A stretch of 60,000 nucleotides of DNA from Squalus acanthias (lineage: Eukaryota): the NCBI GenBank assembly GCA_030390025.1, contig CM059432.1, forward strand, positions 89,592,001 through 89,652,000, given 5' to 3'. The position numbers and the translations under genes are program-made. The notes beneath the pieces are model-generated. The model ran no database searches and was not told the DNA's origin. It worked only from the letters and a program-made list of their open reading frames with translations. The stretch's first letter is position 1, and the number at the start of each line of letters is the position of its first letter. Below are positions 11,982 through 22,623 of this stretch, piece by piece.

Positions 11982-12736
11982 CATTACGGCTACTTGAGTT
12001 GTCTGGCTCCTTCTCCTTGACCTGCTGCTGCTGGCTGAGACGGCTGCACAGCTAGCAATGATGAGAATGAGGTTCTGCAGCATCAATGAACCTCCTCTTT
12101 AAGAACAATGATGACTTGTGATTAGACTGCACCCGATAGTGGTCAGCATTTCGAGTTTAACCCCACTGTGCTAGGCCATTAGCGCTTGATTTTGCGCTCC
12201 AATCCTTTGTTTGTGCAATGAGACTGAATTTTGCGTGCATTCTGAAGCATTAGCACCTGGCGCAAATTCTCAAACTTTTTAAAAGTTACCGGCTATTCTT
12301 GAGCTATAATGAATTTCTCCCCCTTTGAGCGAAAACCTTTTCAAAAAGAAACAAAAAGTAACCTTCTGTTTACTGTACAGATGGCACTGCTAACAGCTTT
12401 CCACTGATGGCCATCGGCAATCCTGCCTCCCACGTCATATTAAAAACATTTGGTAAAAATAGTTTAATCATCTGTGCCTGCGAGGCAAAAATATGATTGC
12501 TGACTAGAAGCAGATTTCCTTCTAGCAAACCAGAATTAAAAATAGCCCACTATGGGGTGAATCATGGGCAAACCAACACCACATTTTTAAACAGAAAAAA
12601 GTAATTAAATTGCGTATAGATATTTCTCCAAACTGCTGTGTTTAGTATGCTTCTTATGAAATACTGTTGAGTATATTTATATTTTGTGGAATAAAGTGTT
12701 TGTTTGTGAGTGGAGGAAGAAGAGTTTAGTAAAAAT

Positions 12737-13193
12737 GAAAGAAAGAAAGACTTGCATTTATATAGCGCCGTTCACAACCTCAGGACGACCCAAAGCGCAT
12801 TACAGGCAATTAAATACTTTTGAAGTTTAGTCACTGTTGTAATGTAGGAAATGCAGCAGCCAATTTGCGCACAGCTAGTCCCCACAAACAACAATATGAT
12901 AATGACCAGATAATCTGTTTTTTTAGTGATGTTGAATGAGGGATAAATATTGGCCAGGATACCAGGGAGAACTCCCCAGCTCGTCTTCAAATAGTGCCAT
13001 GGGATCTTTTATGTCCACCTGAGAGAGCAGATGGGGCCTCGGTTTAACATCTCATATGAAAGACAGCACCTCTGAAAGTGCAGCACTCCCCTGGTACTGT
13101 GCTGGAGTGTCAACCTAGATTTTGTGCTCAAGTCTCTGGAGTGGGACTTGAACCCACAACCTTCTGACTCAGAGGCGAGGGTGCTACCACTGA
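12737..13193 (-). mobile_element. tRNA-derived Deu-domain SINE with L2-like tail (SacSINE1/AmnSINE1-like)
   Basis: Minus strand: tRNA head with B-box GGTTCAAGTCCC, central conserved block, tail GGCGCTATATAAATGCAAG(TCTT)n shared with the L2 end at 25511; homologous to 27749-28125 and 59530-59946. Family name is from recall, not a search. Confidence 0.8.
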
Positions 13194-13883
13194 CAGCAAT
13201 ATGTGAAATTGTTTAAATGGCACCAATTCCAGAGCTGAATGCAATATGCAAATCAGTAGTAACAGACAGAGAGACCCCATTATTTCTGCAAGGAAATGTA
13301 TCCTCTCCAAAGTGTTGGGCCAACACTGGATTTATCCAACGGTATGGTGGCAATAAAGGAGAGAATAGACAGCACCCTGCATACTGGCCTCCAGATCATG
13401 GCAGCTGCGATGCATACTACTGTCTCTCAGGGCATTTAGGATCTGATACCGATCATTAGGCTTGCCATCCTGTTGATCAGTGGGGCATAAATTCAACACC
13501 AGTGCAATGGCTGCCATCTCTCAGGACAGCAGCACATCCCAGGTCTCTGGCCTTCCCCTTCAGAGCACCATGTCAGTGGAACATAGGAGGCAACACCAGG
13601 CTGCCCAGGAACGAGCACCAGAGATGCAGCCAGCATCTGGAAGGCGGAGCTGTCTAGAGCAAGCTGCCATGAGAAAAAGGCCACCTCAGTCCCACATTTC
13701 ATACATTGTCATTCATGTAGTTCAGACTCATACAGGAAAGAGTACTCTTCTTCTGAACTGACTTATTCAATAAGATGATGGTTATTGGCATGGTCATGTA
13801 GGGACAAAGAGGGCTGATGTGTTATCATAGATTGAAGCACTGTGCCTTTATTTGAAGGTGATGGGAAGAAGGTAAGGCATTAC

Positions 13884-14165
13884 GCCTGAATTTCGCTCGG
13901 GTTCTCCCAATATAGGAACATAAGAACAGGAGTAGGCCATACAGCCCCTTGAGCCTGTCCCACCATTAAATTAGATCATGGCTGATCATATAGGAAGATA
14001 GGAACAGGAGTAGGCCATTCAGCTCCTTGAGCTTGTTCCGGCATTCAATTAGAGCATGGCTGATCATATATGCCATAACTTCAGCAGAAGATCAGCAGAA
14101 CCCCTGGAGAAATAGTGTAAATGGTTGTTTTGTTGCTTGGAGTCATCGGCCAAGAAATTCCATGG
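13884..14165. mobile_element. Short MITE (852-1016 family) interrupted by two tandem CR1 3' tails (about 13910-14071, minus strand)
   Basis: CCTGAATTTC...GGTTCTCCCAAT, resuming CATAACTTCAGCAGAAG...CCCCTGGAGAAAT...GAAATTCC; the insert is two ~80-bp AGGAGTAGGCCAT...TGGCTGATCATATAT units. Confidence 0.6.
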
Positions 14166-14275
14166 CAACTCTGTCCACGTGGCACAAGTGACATTTCTAG
14201 CTGACTTCCTACCATAGACACCCAGCAGTTTGTGTCTCCTGATGTCAATTTCATTGAGGAGGGCTTGCAGTTAAT
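14165..14275 (-). pseudogene. Possible highly decayed Myb/SANT exon of another Harbinger family
   Basis: Minus strand reads LQALLNEIDIRRHKLLGVYGRKS...W, resembling the LEALV.AV.RRR.VL...W pattern. Confidence 0.35.
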
Positions 14276-14821
14276 TTGTGGCATCTTCTTCTCTCTGTCT
14301 GTGTGCTACACCCTAGCGCCTTGTTTATCTGCATGTGCCAGCTGTTTCTGTAGTATACATTCTTGTGAGGTGGCACAAAAAGATACATGACACACGCAGT
14401 CAAGCTAACTGACAGTCAAGTGAGTGAGTTGATCACTGTTCTTTACTCACTTCCCCAGCCTGGTGCTGCAATCTTCAGCCAGAACTGTCTTTTTAAAGGC
14501 TGCACTCTAATTTCCATGCACCCCAGTAGGTTATATTCATTTTTGCAGGATTTAAGCCAATGACTCCTCTAACGGATAAGCAAATAAGCAGACGTAGGTA
14601 ACTCTCATGTTATTGGCCCAAAATTTCCTGTGGCAGGGAAATGATCATGCCCACTGTTAGTTAGACTTGCCCTTGCCCGTATAATGTCAATGATATTTTG
14701 CGTTGCAAGTTGCTGGAAGTGCAGGATGGAAATGGTGCAGCGAACGCTACGGAGCATCTGGGATCTGAGTGAACAGGAAAAGCAATTGTGTATCTCCTTA
14801 ACCAATCAGATTGAAGTCATA

Positions 14822-15646
14822 GGGGGAGATTTTGCCAGCCCTGGGGAGGCGGGTTTGGAGGCAGGACTGCCGGGAAAATGGCAGAATTTGGGGGCGGGTG
14901 CCCAACCCGCTCCCAACCCGCCTCCATGCCATCTTGCCAGGAGGCAGGGTCCCACGCCGGGTCCCGTCTCCTTGGAGGCGGGAAGGGATTAAAGCCACTT
15001 AACTGCCTGTTAACAGATAGTTAACAGGCATAAAATAGGATTATCCCCTTTTTGCCCACACAAGTGCGGACTTCCCGAAGGCGCCGAACCCCGCCAGGGT
15101 CACCGAGGCGAGTAGAGGGTCTGCGGGGGTCTGCGGGGTCCAAAAGTGTGCTGTGGAGGTGAGTGATGGGTGCAAGTGTGGAGAGGTAAGTATCTGAGGT
15201 AAGTGCAAAGTGTTAGAAAAAGTGTACTTACCTTTGTTTCTTCCTGCAGGCTTCAATCGGTGGGTTTGTGGAGAGTCTCGCACCTCCATGGTAGAGATGA
15301 CAGATGGCTGTTGCATTTTCCAATGCAGCAACCATCTAATTTCTACAAAAGAAAGATGTTTGATGAGGTCTTGAATTCAAGCCCTCATCAAACTACAGAG
15401 AATGTCACTGTTTCACAGCTTCACAGAGCTGTCAAACAATGACAATTCATCTGTCAAAAGAAACGTCATATGTTGACATTCTCTGCAATCGGCTTTCCCT
15501 TAATTGGCCTAAGCCCGCTGGGTGAGCTTAACAATGTCAATCAAGGGAAAATAGCGTGGGTTGGCCAGAAGTTGATGGAGGCGGGACTGAAACCAGACAA
15601 GTGGGAGTCCCGCCTCCAAAAGCTCCCCATTGGCAAAATCACCCCC
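14822..15646. mobile_element. Non-autonomous Harbinger element (825 bp)
   Basis: TIRs GGGGGAGATTTTGCCA / TGGCAAAATCACCCCC; TSD ATA (14819-14821, 15647-15649). Confidence 0.85.
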
Positions 15647-18012
15647 ATAGAGTCATAACGGCACAGGAGGAGGCCATTCGGCCCATTGAACCCCTGCCAG
15701 CTCTCTGTAGAGCAATCCAGTCAGTCCCATTCCCCCGCTCTATCCCTGTAACCCTGCAAGTTTATTTCCCTCAAGTGCCTATCCAGTTTCCCCTTGAAAA
15801 CATTGAGGCCGTGATTTTATAGATCGATGTGGCTTGGGAGCTGGTCAGCTGGTTTCCGGGTTCCAGTCCCGCCCCCAACTTTATCCGGCCCACGGACGTG
15901 ATTTTTCGTCAATTGGCCTTGTTAAGCCCGCCCTGCGGGCTTGTCGGCCAATAAAGAAGCCGGTCAGATGACGTCATTTGATGACGTATCATCTGCCAGT
16001 TTTCTTAAAGGGACCACGCATAATTTTTCTTTGACAGCTCATATCTCAGTGTTTGACAGCATTGAGGTGCTGCAAACACTGACAATGACTGTTCACAAGT
16101 GAGTTCTTGCACCCAGGCTCTCCAGTGACTCCCTCCTTAGGCTAGAACAGATGGCAGCTGCAGGTGAGGTTACAGAAGCGATCTGTCACTGGTGAGAGAG
16201 GTTCTCCCAATGAGGTGGGACTACACAAACACTTCAAAACTTGTTACCTACAGAAAAGTCTAAATGCATTAAAAATGAATTTTCCAACATTTACTTACCT
16301 CTGAAACTCACCAGTGCACCATTGGATCCTTCACACCACTTCTGCAGCTGTCATCAATGCAGAAACATTACAGCAGACTCACAACACGCCACACTTACCT
16401 GGTGTGGTGTCCGGACATCAGGAAGCCCGAAATAGAAGTGTCAAAATTGCAAAAGAGCCTGTTAACTGCCTGTTAACCTTTAACAGGCAGTTAAGTGGCT
16501 ATAATCCTCTTCCCGCCACTAGGTGTCAGGTCCCCGAATTGCGCATGTGAAGATTGATTGGAGGCGGGTTGACAGTGGATTTCCTGTCCGCTGTCAATCT
16601 TTGCGATTTTGCCGGATGTCCCACCTCCAAACCCACCCCGAGCGCCAGCAAAATTCTGGCCTGAGTGTCTCGACTTCCTCCACTTCCGTCAGCAGCGAGT
16701 TCCAAGTCCTCACCACCCCTGTATCTCTTGCCCAAAACCTTAAATCTGTGTCCCCTAGTCCTTGTACCATCAACTAGTGGAGACAGCCTTTCCTCGTCTA
16801 GCCTATCCAAACCCGTCAAAATCTTGTACACCTCTATCAAATCACCCATCAACCTCCTTTGCTCTAATGAAAACAAATCCAGCTTCTCCAATCTGTCCTT
16901 GCAGCTAAGATTCCCCATCCCCAGAGCCATTCTGGTAAATCTCCTTTGCACCCTCTCAAGGGCCTTCACATCCTTCCTAAAGTGTGGTGACCAGAACTGG
17001 ATGCAATAATCCAGTTGTGGCCTAACCAGCACTTTATAAAGGTTCAGCATAACTTCTCTACTTTTGTACTCAATACCTCTATTTATGAAGCCCAAGATCC
17101 CATATGCTTTGCTAACCACTCTCTCAATATGTCCTGCCACCTTCAGGGACCTATGCACATTAACTCCCAGGTACCTCTGTCCCTGCACACGACTTAAAAC
17201 TGTGCCATTAAGTGTATATTGCCTCTCCCTGTTCCTTCTGCCAAAATGCATCACCTCACACTTCTCTGTATTAAATCCCATCTGCCACTTGTCTGCCCAT
17301 TCTGCTAGCCTTTCTATGTCCTGTTGCAGTCAATTGGTATCATCCTCACTGTTTGCCACAACCCCAAGTTTGGTGTCATTGGCAAATTTAGAAATTCTAC
17401 TCTGTATTCCAATATCCAGGTCATTTCCGGTCTACCATCCTCCAGTCTGAAAAACAGCCATTTACCACAACTCGCTGTTTTCTGTCCTTAAGCCAATTCC
17501 TTATCCAAGCTGCCACTGACCCACCTATTCCATGAGCCTCAATTTTGTTAACCAGCCTTCTATGTGGTACTTTGTCAAACACCTTCCTAAAATCCATGTA
17601 GACAACATCCATTGCATTCCCTTCATCAATCCTCCCTGTTACTTCATCAAAAAATTCAATTAGATTAGTCAAACACGATCTGCCTTTTACAAATCCGTGT
17701 TGGCTCTCCTTAATTAGCTTAAACCTCTCCAAGTGTCCGTTAATTTTTTCCTTGATTATTGTTTCTAAAACTTTACCCACCACTGATGTTAAACTGACCG
17801 ACCTGTAGTTACTAGGATTGTCCTTACACCCTTTCTTAAACAATGGTGTCACATTTGCCACTTTCCAATCCTCAGGCACCTCCCCCGTATCTAGGGAAGA
17901 TTGGAAAATTATGGCAAGCCCTTCCGCTATCTCCTCCCCCAATTCCCTTAGCAACCTGGATGCAAGCCATCTGGACCAGGCAACTTAACCACTCTAAGCA
18001 TATCCAGCTTTT
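15647..18012 (-). mobile_element. CR1 LINE, 5'-truncated RT region, interrupted by MITEs
   Basis: ORFs 17421-17954 (NYRSVSLTSVVGK, QHGFVKGRSCLTNL, DFRKVFDKVPH) and 16526-17281; the 3' UTR is at 15647-15806. Confidence 0.92.
15807..16661. mobile_element. Non-autonomous Harbinger element (855 bp)
   Basis: TIRs GGCCGTGATTTT / AAAATTCTGGCC; TSD TGA (15804-15806, 16662-16664); shares GCCTGTTAAC repeats with 14822-15646 in the opposite orientation. Confidence 0.8.
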
Positions 18013-18683
18013 CTATTGTGAAATTACAGCGCAAGGACTGAGAAGGAAGTGTAAATTAGAGTGGATTAATTCAATGTCAAATCAGGTACAGAAAGAGAAA
18101 GAAAGAGAGGAAAGAAAGATTGGACTAAGAGACAGAGGAAAAAAAGAGGCAGAAAGGTAAAGTAAAAATAATTTTTCTTTTAAATCTCCAAGAATTAAAA
18201 TCTGAAGGAATGAGTCTCCACGCTTGTAATAGTACATTTTCAGTGCCAGAGAGGTTGATTGGCAGTAATTAACACTCATCACATTGTTAAAAGGATACTT
18301 AGACTTGACTTAACTTTCTGTAGAAACTTCACGCCATTCATTGCATTTGAATGGGGAGCCAGACAGCGAGATGCTATTTTCACAAAGCTAATGGTGGAGA
18401 GACGCATCTCTGACAGCAACTCTTCGATTTCCGTGTTTAATCACGCATCTGCCCTCGCCTAAAGTTGCTGTGGCATTTGTACATAAATAACGCTGAGCAC
18501 TATTAGGCTTGCCGTTATTTTGACAGCAAAATTTGGGCCATTATCTCTCCACACCATCGATGGTGCAAATCTTCTTCCATTGGCAGAAAAGCAGTACAAC
18601 TCACTGTGTGGAAATTCTGCCCCTTAGTCTCATGCTGTATTCTACTGCTTTTGTGTAATTATCTTACTTGTAAATAAGTGTAT

Positions 18684-18860
18684 GGGGGTTGAATTTCCAT
18701 GGGGGTTCTCCCAATCATCCATTGTAATTTTGCCGGAAGATTCACAGAAACCCTGGAGAAATGGTGTAAACAGTGTCATTCACACGGTTTCTCCGGAGTT
18801 ACTCCAGATCGTCAAAGTTACCGTGGACAATTCGAAGAGCTCCCTTGGAAATTAAACCTC
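18684..18860. mobile_element. Short palindromic Harbinger-type MITE
   Basis: TIRs GGGGGTTGAATTTCCA / TGGAAATTAAACCTC; TSD TAT. Confidence 0.75.
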
Positions 18861-19229
18861 TATTTGTTTTGGCTGGACTATTATGGTCTGACAGTATGAT
18901 ATTTAGTGCATTTCAGAATGGACAGGACAATGTGGTGCATAGTCTCCAGTATATAATCCTGTAGTAAAATGCTAATTGTTATTACTGTGGAACACCTTCT
19001 CATTCATGGAACATATAAAAGGTACAAGTTTCAGTTTAATAAGTGACTCAGGCAACTTATAGAAACTAATTGTTTTGCTGTGAATGTGAGTTTAAAATGT
19101 TGGTGGAAAGTCTAAATTCTAACATGGGTTATGAAAATTTTTACCGCGGAAAATGTAGACTGACATGACTGTTCTGCCTTGCTGAAGCAATTCTTTTGAT
19201 CATTATAATCATCACCCTCCGGAACAAGA

Positions 19230-19575
19230 AACCGAAACATGCAATGAGTATGGATTCATGACAGTTCTTTAAAATGGAACTTGATGAGTTCCTGAGTGAA
19301 GAGGAAATTTCTAGTTATAGAGGATAAGTTGCTAGTTAGCTAGGACTATGAGGAGTTAAGGACTGTCATGGTTTTCTTGAACCTTGCTTGATTGCCTTAG
19401 GGAGTCAGAGAATATTTCCTAGAGTTTTTCATGAATTGTCTGCGGTGTTTTTTTTGCCTCTTCCAGGACATTGTGTCATTAGGGAGCAGGTCAATGGTGT
19501 TCGACTTGCACCATATCTGAATGACATGGTTTTGACGGACCAGATGGTCTTTTCCAAGCTTTCTTTTCATATGTA
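19230..19575 (+). mobile_element. Old CR1-like 3' remnant
   Basis: Resembles the reverse complement of 4290-4500 (TTGCTTGATTGCCTTAGGG, GATGGTCTTTTC). Confidence 0.45.
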
Positions 19576-19594
19576 TGAATGTATCTAATATATT

Positions 19595-20312
19595 GGCCCC
19601 TGAATTTCCGACCCCCACGGGTGTGTACGCGCCCATAGGGGCCGCGCAAGTTCCGGGTTTAGGCATGTGAAGCGCATACGCTGAAACCCGGAACTTGCGA
19701 TCTTGACAGGTCATCCGCATGCCCAGAAAAGTGCCTCTACGGGTGGAGAGTAGCGCTATTTGCTCAACGTCCACCCGCTGAAAGGCCATAGAATTCTTAT
19801 GCCTGGTAAAAGCAGGTGTAAGGCTTGCTTTTACCAGCATAAGAGTTTTAAAAAAATAGAAAAATAAGATTTTATCACTCACTTATAAATTAAAAACCCT
19901 GTCCAATAATGTAAGGTAAGCCCCGTGAAAACATACTAAAAAAAAATCAAAAAATTTATTTTTCTTTAACATTTTTGATTAAATGCTATTTCAATTAATA
20001 TTATATATGTAATTTTATTTATTTCAGTGTGTTGGTGTATTTTTGTAGTCATCCCCATTCATACTTTTGACAGTTCCATGCGTACGAACTGTCAAAAGTA
20101 TGAAGGGGGATTCCCTTCTTCCATTGGTTGAGCTGGCCCACGTGATCCCAGGGGTGCTTGTGAACCTTGGATATGTGGGCCTCTGCACATTTCCAAGAGG
20201 AGGCCCAGGATCGGAAGCCTCGGTACCTACGGAACCAGCAGGTAGGTTCGTAGAATTTTTTCTGATCGGAGGCATCCGCCCGCAGGAAGCCTCCAATCGG
20301 AAATTCAGGGCC
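19595..20312. mobile_element. Non-autonomous Harbinger element (718 bp) with internal hairpins
   Basis: TIRs GGCCCCTGAATTTCCGA / TCGGAAATTCAGGGCC; TSD ATT; the left part is homologous to 40768-41000. Confidence 0.88.
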
Positions 20313-22623
20313 ATTATTTCTGTTGATTTGACTTTAATGTTGCTATGAAACCTCATGAGGAAAGACAAGGAGTGAGATGACAAGTTGTAGCTGCTGCATG
20401 CCTTGGGATCACTAGTCTTATCTCCAGTAGTGAAAAGTGCTTACAAATTGGAAGGGAAACAGGAACTCTTAATAAAACATGTTTAAAGTAAGTGGAAAGC
20501 TTAAGTTGGCTTCATTTTGCTTTTAGACAGTCTATTTTGCACTTCAGCCAGTAACCACTAAATTTGAATATTCAAACATATGTTCTGTGGACCTTTGCCA
20601 GTGAAACAAACATTTTTCACTGCCACAGTCGTGTGACAGTATGGAGAGGGTAGAAAGCCTGCCTGAGTGTTAAGTGCCGATCTGTTTATAAAGAGTAAAA
20701 TCTTTGCTGAGCCCCTTCTTCCTTCCCCAAATGCCATTTGAAGTTAAAGCTGGAGTTTTGCCTTTTTAAGCACACACTCCAGCCATGTGTGAGACAAGAA
20801 GTAAAAAAAAGTGATATAAAATGACGCTGCTATCCAGCTGCTCTTATTTGTGCCTTTTTATAAAAATGGAAATTCTTCGTTCCACCAACCTGCCGTCATA
20901 TTCTAATGATAGTTCACTATTCCTAGATTTAGAACAAAAAATAATTTTAGCACCAAATAGATCTGGAGGTGACCTCACTTTACTTTGGATTACTGCAACA
21001 AAGGAAAGGTGCTAAAAATATCTATGTTGACTTGTAACTTGTTTTGTTTCTATGTTGTGCAGTTACAGCACAGTGTCACTGATTGCAGGCAGGCAAACAA
21101 CACCCCATTATTAATTATGATACACATCTGCAATTTGAGCTGTAGAAACAGCCCAATTTTTTAGAACATATATATTTCTTTGCATATGTTAGTAGAACAT
21201 TGGAGTTAAAATCCCACCAGATCTCAAAGATATCTACAATACAAATTAATGCTTACATTTTCAACATAAATTTTTATTTTCCACTTATATTCACCCACAC
21301 TGTATAGAATTAATGGTGCTGTACAACTGAACCTGCTTCAGGTGATGAGGGAACCAACAACCTACCTGTCGCATACACATTTATCTACAATAGTATTGGA
21401 AGAAGTTGCCATAACATAGTCCTTGTGAAAACAAAGTCTCATCTCCACTATGGTAACATTCTTCATTCTGTAGTGTGGCAGTACCACCATGCTAATATGG
21501 ACAGACTAAGGAGAGATCTAAAAGCCCAAACTGGACATCCATGAGTCACTGTGGGATATCACCAGTAGAAGAATTGTATACCACCACAATCTGTAACCTC
21601 AAGGCCCAGCATATCCCTCACTTCTCCATCAACATCAAACCAAAAGATCAAACCTGATTCAATGCAGAGTGTAGAAGGACATGACAGGAGCTGCAACAAG
21701 CGTACCTCAGAATGAGATACAACACAGGGTTAACTAAATGCTAAACATCAAAAGCATCAGGTTATAGACAAAGTTAAGCAGTCCCATAAACAACAGATCT
21801 GAGCAAAGCAATGATGTTGGACAACCAGGCAACAGGAGGAGGCTCCATGAACATCCCCATCCTCAACTATGTTGGAGACCAACATGTAAATGCAAGAGAT
21901 AAATCAAAACTGCCCTGAATGATCCCACTCAGCCTCCTCTTGAGGTTCCCACCATCATAGATAATTGGTATCTAACCAATTTGGTTCATTCCACATGACA
22001 TTAAAAAGCAGCTGAGTGCACTGGACACAGCAAAGGCTACGGCCCCTGAAAAATCACAATTTAGCACTAAAAACCTGTGGCCCAGAGCCAGCCGCTCCTT
22101 AAGCTATGCTGTTCCAATGCATCTTCCTGACAATAAGGAAGGTTGCTTAGGTATGTCCTATCTACAAAAAACAATATAAATTTAACCCGGCCAATTATCG
22201 CTCTATCAGCCTTCTCCCAATCATCAGTAAAGTAATAGAAGACGACAACATCAAAAGTGTTATCAAACAACACATATTCATCAATTACTTTCACACCGAT
22301 GCTTAGTTCAGTGCCCATCAGCACCATTTAGCTCCAAACCTCTTCACAGCCTTGATCCAGACATGGACACAAGAGCTGAATGACAGAGGAGAGGTTAGAG
22401 TAACTGCCTTTCACATCAAGGCTGCATTTGACCAGGTACAGCACCAAAGAATGCAAGCAAAACTGGACAATGGGGTTCAAAGGGTACACCTTCCAGTGGC
22501 TAGAGTCATATCTTAAGGAAGACAGTTGTAGCACTTGCAGGCCAGTCATCACAGCCCCAGGACATTGTTGTAGTGGTTCCTCAGGAAAAATCCTTGCCCC
22601 ATCTACAGCTGCTTCATCAATGA

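Larger units (their letters stand above)
9020..12323. mobile_element. PIF/Harbinger transposon copy B (transposase +, Myb/SANT gene -)
   Basis: Candidate TIRs GGGGAAAAATTCA (9020) and TGAATTTCTCCCC (12310-12322), 1 mismatch; convergent genes. The left end is ambiguous because a second TIR-like AAATTCTGCCCCC sits at 9102-9114. Confidence 0.9.
14615..18539. mobile_element. Outer non-autonomous Harbinger element (about 14615-14815 plus 18013-18539) expanded by nested insertions
   Basis: TIRs GGCCCAAAATTT / AAAATTTGGGCC; ATT on both flanks (14612-14614, 18540-18542). Confidence 0.75.

Noticed and set aside
13130..13193. tRNA gene
   Set aside because: It is the tRNA-derived head of a SINE, continuous with the SINE body; no complete cloverleaf.
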